Under the pieces are notes generated by a model. It made no database searches. It was given only the letters and a program-made list of their open reading frames with translations, and had not been told where the DNA came from. This document shows positions 1 to 13,105 of a DNA stretch of 64,000 bases, one piece after another. The stretch spans positions 57,908,001-57,972,000 of the forward strand of contig OX597833.1 of assembly GCA_951406725.2 (NCBI GenBank), read 5' to 3'. Numbering within the stretch: position 1 is the first letter of the stretch; each line of letters begins with the position of its first letter. Both the position numbers and the translations under genes were made by a program. This DNA is from Octopus vulgaris (lineage: Eukaryota).

Positions 1-435
1 CAGCTGATAAACCGACTCGTCCCACACGTGACAGCAGTTGTTCGACATAAGCCCACAGGTCGGAAATTGTTGGACACTGCACGAGTGCGTGCAGAACGGT
101 TTCGTCGCTCTGACCGCATCTCGGGCAGGTCGGCCCCGTGTTTCTCGAGCCGTGTCTGTAGAGCTTATCCCGAACGGGTAGCGCTTCTCGGTAGCACTGC
201 CAGGCCAGGGATCTCTGGAAGTTGTCCATGGGCCCTGGCCCGAAAGTCGTCCTGAACAGGCGGGTCAGGTACTCCTCGTCGACGTCCAGGTTCGCCCCGA
301 GCTCGTCGTCGTACCTCCCCTCCACTAATCCCCTATAGAATGCTTTGGTTGTGTTGAAGTCACTCAAGGTCGACCCGGGACGGCAGAGTTGCTTGAGAGC
401 AACGCGACACTCGCGGTGCCAATCGCTCTTCCTCA

Positions 436-437
<2 letters not shown>
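1..437 (-). mobile_element. Probable LTR-retrotransposon LTR fragment
   Basis: GC-rich block that begins TGTGAGG on the minus strand and abuts a microsatellite. No coding homology seen. Confidence 0.35.
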
Positions 438-721
<284 letters not shown>

Positions 722-906
722 CGATTACAACAACAACAACAATAATACTAACAACAGCAACACACTTACAAAATTGATAGTCATAACAATGTCGGTTCCA
801 CCAGCCGTAACATCCACCTTCTTAATAAGATGGATTTCTTTGTTTGCTATTATCACGCACGCAAAAAGCCAAAACAGACTCCATTTTTGAGACGTCTTAT
901 AAATAA

Positions 907-1292
907 CTAGCAGTATCGCCCGACGTTGCTCGGGTTTGTAAGGGAAATAACTATAAAGCATTTTTAGAGAGTTATAGCCAAAAAATAGAAAAAAAATGGG
1001 AAAAAAATTATGATAAATTTTTTTTTGAGAGTTAAAAAGGTTGATTTGCGTCCCCTAGACAGTCTGTGGTTTGTGTTTCTGATTCTCGACCCCATGTCGA
1101 ATTTATCGATTTTTTTTCAGAACTGGGGGAAGTTTTCAAAATTTTAGCTGCGTTAGTTTTGAATTATGACATTGCGCTATGTGTGTGTTAAGTTTCATAA
1201 GAATCGGTTGAAAACCGTGGTCAGTGTGAGGGTACAACCTGACAGACACACAGACACACACACAGACAAACTACCGTTTATATAGAGAGAGA
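907..1292 (-). mobile_element. Non-autonomous Helitron-type element
   Basis: The minus strand starts TCTCTC-TATATAAA and ends with the hairpin CCCGAGCAACGTCGGG followed by CTAG, inserted between A and T. Confidence 0.7.
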
Positions 1293-1581
1293 TAAATAAC
1301 AAGTAATAAAAATACATGTCATTTCTCACTTGACTACCCCTGAAACATATAATCATCACTAGCCTCTCTGCTCGGACATTGTATTGTGGTCTGGCTTGGT
1401 ATAACGTGTGTGTACTTTGTGGTAGCTGTCTAGCGAAGCGTGTTCAATTCTGGAACCTTTAACTCCTCATGGCCTTATTTTCTAAATATATTTTTTGTCT
1501 TTTTCGATTTTTTTTTCTCATGTTTATCGTATTAATTTATCTTTTATTTTCTTTCCAATATTTCATCCTTTTCTTACCCAT

Positions 1582-1637
<56 letters not shown>

Positions 1638-2847
1638 TTCCTTTCTTTCTTTCTTTCTTTTCCATTCCTTTCTTTCTTTCGTTACATTCTATTCTTTCTT
1701 TTATTTTCCTTTTGTCGTCGTCTTCTTTTCTCTTTTCTCTACAGTCTCCTTCAACTTACTAGAAATAGCAGCCAAAGCGCCTTTATATTCTCACATTGTC
1801 AAACTTAAAGAATAGGAAAACATATGGAGTAATATAGATTCAGAGAAACCATTCCCGGAAAACAATGTCTGGGGGGACATTTTAAATTTTTATCTGGGAC
1901 GCCCTACGTCCCAGATATAAAGGTAAAAATAAAATATTTCCACTTTGCAAGGTTCGAGTCGAGTATTCCCTCGCACGCTCCGTTGACTCGAACCTTGCTT
2001 CTATTGTGGCGAATTTACCGCCTCTGGTTAGATACTTGATATCTTTCATAGTCGCACCAAGACACTTTTCGATGGTGCTTTCCTCCAGGTGTTCAAATCT
2101 TCTTTTTTCTCTACATTGTATACTTTATAGACAATAGTCTTTTCTTTAATTTTTAGTTTTTATTTCGTTTGGTGGTGTTATCCTAGATTCACCGTCCTTG
2201 TCGGTGATCAATCCGAAATAGGTTTGTATTTCTTCCATTTTAATTTTAATGAGTTCGCGCCCGCCGACGGCTGCAGCGAAATTCATTTTTGGACTTTCTT
2301 AATCGAAGGCATTTTAACAAAAATGCTTCCGTATAAACGGTGAAAATATTGTCGAAATTGAATTGTGTCCCCAAACAGGGACACAATTCAATTTTTAAAC
2401 AATAACCAAAGCTCCTTCTCCCAAAGGTGGAGGGTTACGGTTTACAATTATTTAACAAATGCAATACAACAATGTTTCCCTTACGAGGAACCAACACACG
2501 TGATAACAATAGTTAAACAGTAATAATAATAACAACAAACCTTACGGTGAATCAAAAAGCAGTACGCAGTTCAAGCTATAGTCCTTTATGTATAAGAAAT
2601 AAACCAACAGCAGTACTCAGTAGAAGCGGCTGTTCGAGAAAACAGACATTACATGCAGCAAAACTTCATATAGATATTTAATGCTAGCTAATTAGCAGAT
2701 AATCTAATGTAAAAGCTGTGGTAAAAGGTATGTGCACAGCTCCATCTGGACTATTCCATTTCTGCACATTAATTTTATTTTTAATTTATTCCCATTCATG
2801 TGAAACCACTTATTCAAGTTCAAGTCATTGATGCAATTTTACACCAA

Positions 2848-3050
2848 TTACTCTTTTACTCTCTTTTACTTGTTTCAGTCATTTGACTGCGGCCATGCTG
2901 GAGCACCGCCTTTAGTCGAGCAAATCGACCCCGGGACTTATTCTTTTTGTAAGCCCAGTACTTATTCTATCGGTCTCTTTTTGCCGAACCGCTAAGTGAC
3001 AGGGACGTAAACACACTAGCATCGGTTGTCAAGCAAACACAGACACACAA

Positions 3051-3081
<31 letters not shown>

Positions 3082-3253
3082 CATATATACGACAGGCTTC
3101 TTTCAGTTTCCGTCTACCAAATCCACTCACAAGGCATTGGTCGGCCCGGGGCTATAGCAGAAGACACTTGCCCAAGATGCCACGCAGTGTGACTGAACCC
3201 GGAACCATGTGGTTGGTTAGCAAGCTACTTACCACACAGCCACTCCTGCGCCT
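2848..3253 (-). mobile_element. tRNA-derived SINE (octopus-type), full length
   Basis: Head GGCGCAGGAGTGGCTGTGTGGTAAG...GGTTCAGTC with A/B-box-like motifs, an internal (TA)/(TG) microsatellite, and a (GAGTAAAA)n tail. Confidence 0.85.
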
Positions 3254-3359
3254 ATTTTTACTTTTGTTATGTTACAATTTAATTATTATATTATACTTTA
3301 GTTTGATTTTAATTATTACTTACTACATATAATTCAATTGTTATTATTATCTCTAATTT

Positions 3360-3780
3360 TTATTGTTAAAGTGAAAGTCTCTGACATAAAATACAGAAAT
3401 ATTTTTGTTTCACTTTTAACAGGTAATACTGAAACAGTGGAGAAGATATGATATTGCTATGGGCTCGACCTAGGCAAGAAGCTAAACATTTTTTTTGCCC
3501 ATGAAACTACATGGACCCTAAGTAAGGCATGTGTAAAATTTGAATGAAAATGGTTGTGTAGTTCTCAAGTTTTAGGGAATCATAGTGGAGAAGATATGAT
3601 ATTGCTGTGGGCTCGCCCTAGGCAAAAAGTTAAAAAACTTTTTGCCGATGACACTCCCCGGACCCTAAGCAAGGCATGTGTAAAATTTGAATGAAATTGG
3701 TTGTGCAGTTCTCAATTTTTAGGGAAACAGACAGACATACAGCCAGACAGACACACATTCTCAGTTTTATATATAGAGAT
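3360..3780 (-). mobile_element. Helitron-type non-autonomous repeat with internal duplication
   Basis: Terminus TATATAGAGAT preceded by CAGA repeats, as in 907-1292. The body is the reverse complement of the repeat in the promoter block at 34620-34970. Confidence 0.55.
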
Positions 3781-5223
3781 TAGAGATATCCTGCGTATTT
3801 TTTCTTCACTTGTTTCTCTCTCCAGTAATGTAACTACATATTTCTCAGGGACTGAAACATGCCGTGCTACTTTTCAAAACTCAGATTTCCACTTCGATCC
3901 TGAATGTATAGAAACACTGCCAAAATTCCAAATGAATTTTAAGGAGTTAGTATTAAAATCTTTAATAAAGTAGATTGAAAGTTTTGTGAAAATGGTCATA
4001 GAATAACATTGCTGTACGCCATTGCAAGAATCGATCGAAAACATCTTCAGATCGTCGCAGACGTTGTTGTTCTTGTATCTCGATGAAGGTTTTGCTCTTT
4101 CTTATGTCACAATCGACAGGATTTTCTATTCAAAAGAACTGAAACAAAAAGACCCCCCAGGAAATAACAGAATTGAGCCTTCCTTAAAACAAAATAGTTT
4201 AAGAGGAAACAATTTGTAACATACCCTCAAATAACTGACCATTCTAAACTCAAAAACTAAAAGAAAAGTTTTCAGAAAAATATACAGAAAGCAGGATACA
4301 GTAATAGCAATCATACTCACGACCAATGCTTCTTTAATGATGTGCAGTTTTAAGTGGCAGGTAAATGCTAAGCACGCTTCATTTTGTTTTCTACCTGGAG
4401 TTCTGTTTCGGAATGTGTGGAACAGTTGCCTTAAATATGCATTACCTTATAGTTGTGGTTCAGGCCAGCAGAAACACAGGGAGCTTTTGCTTGCAAAACA
4501 AAATCATTTCTAAACTTTTGTAATGTAATATCAATGGTTATTCAAAGTTCCTTGTGGGCACAATAAATCTCAGGAAACAGTCAAACTGCTAAAAGCTCTG
4601 AGACATAATATTTTGCCAATGGCCAGCAACTTATATCCAGTATAGAAGAACGGTGTTCGGATGATTTAAACTCTGTTGATGATTCTTCCTGCTCAGTTGT
4701 CAATGTTCTTCAGGCTGCACATTTCTAAAACAATGCTCTCTCATCTGCATATTAAACCCGCCAAGGACTTTTATTTTTACTTGAAACTAATTATTCAAAC
4801 TCTTCAATACCTTTACGGCTGCTTCCTTGTCCACTGAATACCTTTCATCATACACTACACGAAACATTAAGTTACGTCGACCTTTGAAATTCTGCAGCCA
4901 ACCACCACTATAATGACACTTATATTTTAGTTTAAGTATTTTGTGAGTCTAGAAGGTTTGTTTCTTCAATATTAGATCTGCATACAACTCATCACCTTCC
5001 CTTATACGTATCCTATGAGATCAAATTCATCAGAAATTCATCTAATTTCGATTGTTTTTCATCTTTCATTGTTTTCTTCTTATACATCTGTTTCTTTGAA
5101 TAATTTTTAGGAAAACAACAATCAAACACAACTGTATACTTTTATTTTTATTTTAATTCAATTTTTATTGTCAATTTTGGAAAATCCAGTGCTGTTACAG
5201 GCATCTTGTAGACACAATGCTAT

Positions 5224-6675
5224 TGTTACGAACCTGCCGTCGCTCAACTCGAACCCGGGACTCTACTAAGTCGAGCGACGACGATTGACCAGGCTCAGTC
5301 GAACGGAATCCGCCACAGAGAAAACGGTGGTGGGGATGGCAGCGAACTCGAACCGGCGACCGGAGATAACAACAACAACAACAGCAGGAAGAAAGAGAGA
5401 GACGGCGGAAGGTAATTGCTTAACGTTTAACAACAGTTTATACAATTATTACAACATCAAATAAAACGTGAAACATATCAGATACATTTAAGAAAATAAC
5501 CTGCAACAGAATTAAAAAAAGAAAACAACAAAAGGCATGCACAATACAGAACGTCCGGAAACAATCAAAACATTAATGTTTTGATGCAATATAGAGTTCG
5601 AAACAGTTCAACATTAAAGTCTTTCTCTTTCTTTCTTTTTCTTTTTAACACAATGTTCTTTTTTCTTTCTTTTCTTCCTCTTTTCCTCAATTCACAGTTC
5701 TCTTTTTTGACACAATTCTTTTTCTTTTAAACAATTCTTTTTTTCAACACAGTTCACAGTTTAAACATAAACAAAACACACCGTTACAAACTCCTACTAC
5801 AATAGCCATGCCTTTTCGCCGTAATCCCTCTCTTTCGCTCTACATGTCCCCAATGCTATTTGCCTGTCTTTTTCACCATGCCTGTCATTCCTGTCGTAGC
5901 CTCTCCCGACTGCACCTGTTGCCAACTCACTGTCTCAGGCAGAACTGACCAACAAACTCACAGCTCGCCACATTTTAAAGGGTGGTTTCTTAAACTTTGC
6001 TTGACCGGAAAAGGGTCAGAGGTATTTTCCAAACTCATTAATTTCTCTAGAAATTGACAGGACAAAGGCTTTATCCGTCTGCCTGGCGCCAAACCACGAA
6101 ACCAGGCCACAAGCACTCTTTCTCCGAATGATCCCGTATCACTACTCCCTCCCTAAGCTTTGTCGACCCGACAGAAGCACACTATAACCGTAACTCTGAG
6201 GGCGAGCTCCAGCAGATGTTCCAGGAACTGAAGGTTTCCCTCAGTAGCTTCTCTTCCGGAGGTCTCGCTTCCTACTGCCACCAATTTACCACGGGCCACA
6301 AGTTGGCATCTTCCCTCTGCGGCTTGGGTAACGGGTCCGCCAACGCCGCGATGCTTCATATGAGCCGCCTACAATAGGCACACCGTCCGAGGAAGTTCCT
6401 CAACTCCCTCACACTAGCAGGGTCCGGCCAATCCTTCACAGTGGCCACCTCCCTCAGCGCTATGTATCCCACGTAGCACCTTGCTGTGCCGTCTCCATTC
6501 TGCACAACCAAGGCCGACGACCAGGGACCGCTCTGCCTCTTCACTGCTCCCTGTCGTCGACATCTCCTCACTTAGCCGAACTGGGACCATCTTCCGACCT
6601 TGCTGCCTCCTCGAGCGACGACCGCCCGGGTCGATGAAGCGCTCAACCAGGCCCGTGCGACCAACATCCTGCATA
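5224..6675 (-). mobile_element. Degenerate Gypsy/Ty3 LTR retrotransposon remnant
   Basis: TGTTAC terminus at 5224. Minus-strand pol-like fragments: GPWSSALVVQNGDGTARCYV (RT start) and VKDWPDPASVRELRNFLGRCAYCRRLI (RT thumb/connection). Confidence 0.7.
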
Positions 6676-7241
6676 CCTGATAGTAAAATGTCGTCCTAAC
6701 TTAGGTTATCGATCTTCAATGATTTACTTGGTGTCTTTTGTTTAAATTAGTAATTTTTGATTGTTACTTATAGAATTCCAATATTCCAACGATGTTTCAG
6801 TATAATGCAAAAGTTTCCAGTTTTACATCATCCCAATATGTAGTCACGATTATCAAATGGAACTTTCAAGCAAAAGTATATCTCTAGATTCATTCCAATA
6901 TTTTCTGCCACTTCTTCACTGTTTGGGGATGTTAAAATATGTCAAAATGAAAGTTAGTTATGACGTCATCCTTTGAATGCTCTGACGTCATTTCAACGTT
7001 GGTTTCAGGGCCACATCCATTACAAAGGCAGTAATATTTCCTGTAGAATTCTTTGCTACATTCAGCTTGTGTTTCAAAGAAAGGAGTAGTCTAAATTTAT
7101 ATGATTTTTAAAATTTAGCTTTAGATAAACGTGTTTGGTATTACTTCAGAAAACGTGAGATATATAACAATGAATTTCAAAATATTGTTGAGTATTATCA
7201 ATAAAGAAAGTAATAAGGAAAGTATGAACACAATTTATCTT

Positions 7242-8734
7242 TTATAATTCACTCTCGTGAAGTATATTTTGGAACGCTTTGTCATTGGCAAGGTCTTCTA
7301 CTGAGTGAATGAATTCCAAAACAAATTTTTTGTATTCAGTATTTCCATTTCCATACTCATATAAATCAAGTATTATTTCCTTTATCTCCCAAATTTCTAT
7401 CAGGTCTTTGTTGAAAGGAAGACATTCTACAGCAGATTTAAGAGCCAGAACAAACCTATCCATTCCTGTTCGTCTTAATTGATCTTTTTCTTCTTCATCA
7501 TTTTTTCCATCTGCTTCTTTAATACATAATCTTCCAAACAAAATGTTAAAATTAACATCTTGCATTTTGATATCTTTCACTATACTTTTAAATCTTTCAC
7601 AATACTTCCTGGCATTGTCATATTCTTTCAAAGACATATATAATAAAATGATATCATAGAGAGCAGCGGAACTTTCATGACAAAGTTCAAGAGATTGTTC
7701 AAAGTGATATCCAGCTTTGTTGATTAACTCATTCCTTTCTCTGGGAGGAATACTTTGAGCATGTTTTAAAACTTTCGCAAATACATTCGTTTCTGTTGAG
7801 AATTGTTTGTTCACTGGGACATATGTATATGTTGGTGTATCCATTCTTAGATAAAGTGATCCAAGCCGATGATGAGAATATGATGTTGCTTTTATTTCAA
7901 TTGCTTTTTCAAACAATTCTCTTCCTTGTTCAAGCTGATTTGAACGTATATAATGATAGGCACTTTTCTCCAAAACATAGCGGTCATCAGGGGAAATATG
8001 AAGAGCTCTCTGAAAATACTCTTCAGCTGGTTGACTACGAAAATTATGAGGACTAATTTTAAACAAACCTATGAATGCTAATGTTCTTCCCATTAGGGCC
8101 TTGTCAATATGGTGTGGAAAAGCACATTGTATTTTCTCTAAGTACTGTATTGATTCCTTAATATTTTCACGCATTTTCTCTTTATCCAAGGTCTTTCTTA
8201 AACAACGATATTGCAACAAAGCAATAGAAAACATACACAGATAATCGTCTGGACAAACGTTGAGAGACTCTTTGTAAAGTTCGACAGCTCTTTCATGATC
8301 TTTAAAAGATATAGTAGCTAAACAATAAGCAACATTTCTTTTGCCTTCTGCTTCTATCAGCGAGAAATTTTCTCTTTCTTCAAGCTTGCTTAGATTATCC
8401 AAAAGGTTTCTTACCTCAGGGATATTTCCATTGTACAAATGTGAATGAATGCCAGGTTGGTTAATGCCACCAGGTTATCTGGCTTCTTTTCTCGAACTTC
8501 ATTGGCTAATTTTTCAGCTGAAAATTTATCGTTCATCTGCCACAGAATATATACTAGGACGTTCTTTTGACGAATCTCATCTTCTAAACCAAATAAGATA
8601 TCATCATTCAACGAATTTTCTACTTTTTTGTAGAGAGACGACCAAACTTATTTGGTTTTCTCAAAATTTTCTTCCATTACATTTGGAAATCTTTTAATTC
8701 TCTCCCTATACGATTCTCTTCTACTTCCTTCATC
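7242..8734 (-). pseudogene. IFIT-like TPR gene copy 1, exon 2, pseudogene
   Basis: TAA replaces the Asp codon at 8650-8648 (K*VW versus KDVW). There is a 2-nt insertion at ~8441-8443 and a 9-nt in-frame insertion (KSIVKDIK versus KVDNK). No exon 1 is present in unit 1. Confidence 0.9.
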
Positions 8735-8979
8735 CTGAAATAAAAACAAAATGATTGCGTATGAAATATGATATCACACATTGTCATTGACAAAAAGATA
8801 TTCTCCAATTTTCGATTTTTAGTTAATGAAACAATGTTAAACCATCCTAGTGTGATACGGTTGATGTAGTGGCTGAGCATTTTGGATTCGAATGTTCGAT
8901 GTTTTGAATATACGCACAGAAAACTGAGCGTAAATAAGTGAGAGATCAATGTAAGAGGTGTGATTAACAGAGTGATAAA

Positions 8980-9013
<34 letters not shown>

Positions 9014-9123
9014 ACAACAACAACAACAAGAACAATAACATGATGGACAGGCTGTTGCAGATCACTTATATTATGTAATATAATATGATATAACACTCTC
9101 TCACACACACATACACACACGCG

Positions 9124-10352
9124 CAAAAATAATGGAAACACCTAGCATCATAACATCATAATTTTGAGATATTTATAAAACCGTCAAAACGTTTTTTGAT
9201 TTATTATTAGTGTTGCTTAATATGTTTTGCTAAAATTGCTTTTTCTTTTCAGATATCATCAAAATAAGGTAATTAAAATTCATTAAGATGACAGATCTAT
9301 CGGACTTTCAAAACGGTCAAATTGTTGGTGCTCGTATAGCAGGCGCTAGCGTAACGAAAACAGCTGAAATGCTTGGTGTATCAAGAAGTCTCGAAAGTAA
9401 TGACAGCCTTTGAGAAAGAGGGAAAAAACCTCCTCGTTGAAACAAAACTCCAGAAGGAAACCAAAACTTCCAGATAGGGACCGTTGGATTCTTATGCGAA
9501 TTATTAGAAAGAATCACAAAAGTACAGCTCCCTAAATTACTGTAGACCTTAATGACCATTTCGAGAACCCAGTTTCCTCAAGAATAGTTCACCGGGAGCT
9601 ACAAAAGGCAGGATTCCAAGGGAGGGCTACAGTCAAGAAAACCACTACTTTCAAAAACAAACGTTGCAAAGCGTTTAGAGTGGAGTAAAAATCTACAGAA
9701 TTGGTCCCCAGAGCAGTGGATGAATGTTATTTTCTCGGACGAGTCATCCTTTACCTTTTTTCCGACCACCGAGTGTACTTGTGGAGTCAGCCAAAAGAAG
9801 CATTTGACCCAGACTGCTTTCTTCTATTAAACATGGAAGAGGATCTGTAATGATGAGCTTTCGGGGATATATCTTGGAAATCCGCTGGCCCAATGATTTT
9901 CCTTCATGGCAGAATTAATAGTCAAGATATTGAAGCTTTTTATCTGATCAAATTCATCCAATGGTTGCAGAACTGTTTCCGGAGCGAAATGCAATCTTTC
10001 AGAATGATAATGCACCAATTCACACAGCTAAAGTTGTTACTGAATGGTACGAGGAACATTTTAGTAAGGTTGAACATCTTATATGGCCACCACAGTGCCA
10101 GGTCTCAATATTATTGAACACTTATTGTGCATTTTAGAAAAATAAGGAAGCAGCCGATATCCTCCACTATCATCAGTACAAGAACTGGAGACTGATTGAA
10201 CAAAAATTCCTTTGGAAAGAATTCGAACTTTGTACAAGTCCATATCTTGTAGAATTCAACTTGTAATTACTGCCAAATATCAAAATTACTGCCATATTAA
10301 AATAAATTTGTTTGAAATGTTAAGGTGTTTCCATTATTTTGTCCAACCCCTG
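9124..10352 (+). mobile_element. Tc1/mariner transposon, decayed, in the intron of copy 1
   Basis: TIR CAAAAATAATGGAAACACC ... GGTGTTTCCATTATTTTGTCCAACCCCTG-TA. Transposase fragments: GQIVGARIAGASVTKTAEMLGVSR, VIFSDESSF, FQNDNA and WPPQ.P.LNIIE. Confidence 0.9.
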
Positions 10353-10586
10353 TATAGGCAGAAACTGAATTTGCCGCACATTGAAACCGAACCCAGTAGC
10401 ACAGGGTTGAGAAACAACTTTTATACCTCACAACTACGCTTATAAGTATATAACACACACATATACACGCACACATACACTCGCACCAACACATTTATAC
10501 ATATTCATATATACATACATGTGTGTGTGTGTGTGTGTGCGCGCGTCTCCGAAAAGCAGCGAAATTATATATTTCTGTACAATTAA

Positions 10587-10964
10587 TCTCTCTCTATATA
10601 AAGCTGAAGTTGTCTGTGTATGGAAGGTTTGGTAGCCTTCAACTAACACTATCTCCTCCGAGACCCTGCGGCACAAGTTGACCAAAATTGAGAGTATGAT
10701 AGAAGAAGGCTTGCTCTTCCTTCCGTAGAAGAAAAAATTCAAATCGGAGCATGTTAACACCAAAAATTATTTACATGAAAAAGGTGCTTTTTTTCTATGA
10801 AAATCCCTAATTTTGACGATTTTTTTGTCTGCTCTGTCGCCATTTCTCGAAAAATGTTCACTTAAAGAGAATAACAAGCTACATAATGCAAATTTTTTAC
10901 TTTTCAAAAATTCCAATTCTAAAGGGTCGAAAGAAACCCGAGCAACGCCGGGATATACTGCTAG
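10587..10964 (+). mobile_element. Non-autonomous Helitron-type element (paralogs 31038-31343, 47275-47580, 63530-63922)
   Basis: Starts A|TCTCTCTCTATATAAA and ends with the hairpin CCCGAGCAACGCCGGG followed by CTAG|T. Confidence 0.75.
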
Positions 10965-11252
10965 TCTTCTATAAAATTGCATCACTATACTAAAAACTTA
11001 GAGATATAAACGCTGCCCTCGATTTTAATAGGAATTACACAATTTTATTTCAAGGGAAATTACTCTGTGGAACACAGGTTTATATTGTCTCCCGTGTTTT
11101 ATTAATCATGGCAACCTTTCCTTAACTATCATACACAAACCATAAAAGATTTATTCCCCTTCGATGTTCATTTTTTTTTCTCACGAAAACATGACAGAAA
11201 ATGAATCTTTTTGATTGCTGTTGTAGCGGTCATAAGACTTTAGCAGCAGCTT

Positions 11253-11541
11253 GGGATCTTTTCGGTTTGAACGGCAGTTTTTTCTAGCGGTATCATATGA
11301 AATTGTCACCAAAATTCTGACCCTAGTATCGATCTATTGCATTTCAATCTCGTCACTGATTGGTTGAAATTGCAGAAATTGAAGAAAAAATCAACAAATA
11401 TCTTACAAACAATAGAATTTTCTAAATAAAGCCAAGAGAAAAAGATGTTTTATAAACACATTCTACCAGTATACGAAGTTTAAAAGTGTTTAGTTACCTA
11501 GAAATTATGTTAAAAACTGCCGTTCAAACCGAAAAGATCCC
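11253..11541. mobile_element. MITE, internally deleted copy
   Basis: Perfect ~30-bp TIRs: GGGATCTTTTCGGTTTGAACGGCAGTTTTT and AAAAACTGCCGTTCAAACCGAAAAGATCCC. Confidence 0.88.
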
Positions 11542-11720
11542 AGGGAGCTTTTGACCTCTAATTGCTTGGGTAATTGCTTGGATAATATCAGGTTATCAAA
11601 TTTATCATAGGTTCGAAAAGAAATTGGATCGGTTATTTAGAAAATTTGAAACTTTTCTATTGTGGAAACATTCTACGTAAGAAGTATTTCTCAAGTTGAC
11701 AATGGATAAGATTGAAGACA

Positions 11721-11723
<3 letters not shown>

Positions 11724-11777
<54 letters not shown>

Positions 11778-11998
11778 TGTGTGAGTGTTTTTGTGTGCGC
11801 ACACCCGATCGAGTGTGTGTGTGACTGTGACTATGTGTGTGACTGTATGTGTGTGCGTTTGTGTGTGTGTGTGTGTGTTTGGGTATGTGTTTGTGTGTGT
11901 ATGAGTGTGTATGTGTGCCTGTGACTGTATGGGTGTGCGTCTCTGACTCTGTGTGTGTGTGTGTGAGTGTTTGGGTACGTGTTTGTTTGTGTGTATAT

Positions 11999-12048
<50 letters not shown>

Positions 12049-12076
12049 ATGAATGTATGTATGTATATATATATAT
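11724..12076. repeat. Degenerate (GT)n-rich tract (paralogs ~32254-32580, ~48494-48822)
   Basis: Direct reading of the sequence. Confidence 0.95.
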
Positions 12077-12162
12077 AACACAGTGATTGTTTCTTATCAG
12101 GAACAAAATGTTTAATAGAACTGCTATAGAAGTGCTCAATTGAATGAGACAAACATATCAAT

Positions 12163-12353
12163 CTAAGGTTACAGAACAAACAAAGGCAAAGTCATCCACA
12201 TAACATTTCATATCTCGAACATTTAATCATAGAATATACATTTATGACATCACGGAAGATGAAACATGACTCATATGTATATTCTATGATTAAATGTTCG
12301 AGATATGAAATGTTATGTGGATGACCTTGCCTTTGTTTGTTCTGTAACCTTAG
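12163..12353. repeat. Long foldback palindrome (79-bp arms, 33-nt spacer)
   Basis: 12163-12241 is the reverse complement of 12275-12353 with one mismatch. Confidence 0.92.
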
Positions 12354-12429
12354 TTTGTATATGTGACCACGTGAGTACCGCTGGCGATTTTTTTCCTCCG
12401 TCGTCCCTTCTCGGGATCTTTCCTTCTAT

Positions 12430-12464
12430 GTTTCCGACGAAGAGCTCCGCTCGAAAGGTTAAAC
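12430..12464 (+). ncRNA. Degenerate minimal hammerhead-like motif
   Basis: GTTT-CCGACGA-A-GAGC TCC GCTC-GAAAG-GTT-AAAC. The core is non-canonical. Confidence 0.4.
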
Positions 12465-12576
12465 CCTCCTTCTTCCCTTCTTTCCTGAGCGTCCAATAAT
12501 ACTTTATTTGTTCCATGTCCTCGCGTTGTTGTGTGTTTTTACATTTTTGTTTTTTTGTGTGTTTTCTTGTTTGGAT

Positions 12577-12627
<51 letters not shown>

Positions 12628-12675
12628 GTTTAAATATTTATTGGCTAAACTGGCAATATGACCATTCCGAAATAT

Positions 12676-12710
<35 letters not shown>

Positions 12711-12817
12711 ATATAGTATAACGGGAAGCTTTATGAAAATAAACAAAAGACGAAGGCAGGTGGAATACAAACAAACAATTGTATTAGTATGGCGCTCAGG
12801 AATATCAATAAAACAAG

Positions 12818-12855
12818 TCTTTTACGTTTCGAGCCTACGCTCTTCAACAGAAAGA
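12818..12855 (-). ncRNA. Degenerate minimal hammerhead-like motif
   Basis: TCTTT-CTGTTGA-A-GAGC GTAG GCTC-GAAAC-GTA-AAAGA. Core A6 is replaced by T. Confidence 0.5.
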
Positions 12856-12919
12856 TGCACAGAAAAGAAGCACGGAGAGAAACAAGGAGAGAAAAAAATG
12901 CGTGCAGAATCTAGCGAAT

Positions 12920-12956
<37 letters not shown>

Positions 12957-13043
12957 GGCGAGTTGGCAGAAACGTTTGCACGCCGAGCGTTTGTCTGTCC
13001 TTTTTTATCCCCTCTGTGTTTAGCCCCTTGTGGGTAGTAAAGA

Positions 13044-13104
<61 letters not shown>

Positions 13105-13105
<1 letters not shown>

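Noticed and set aside
3960-4795. Possible exon or transposase remnant (GTGAGT donor-like site at ~4315-4320 on the minus strand; CQCSSGC on +)
   Set aside because: The + frames I translated are interrupted by stops and I recognise no homology, so it cannot be supported without a search.
7242-8438. 398-aa ORF as an independent intact gene
   Set aside because: It starts at a TTG created downstream of a frameshift and is the 3' part of pseudogene copy 1.
11605-12179. His/Thr- and Cys/Val-rich ORFs, and the YIYI, LSIY and poly-R/K ORFs elsewhere
   Set aside because: These are translations of (CA)n, (TA)n, (ATAG)n and (GAA)n microsatellites.
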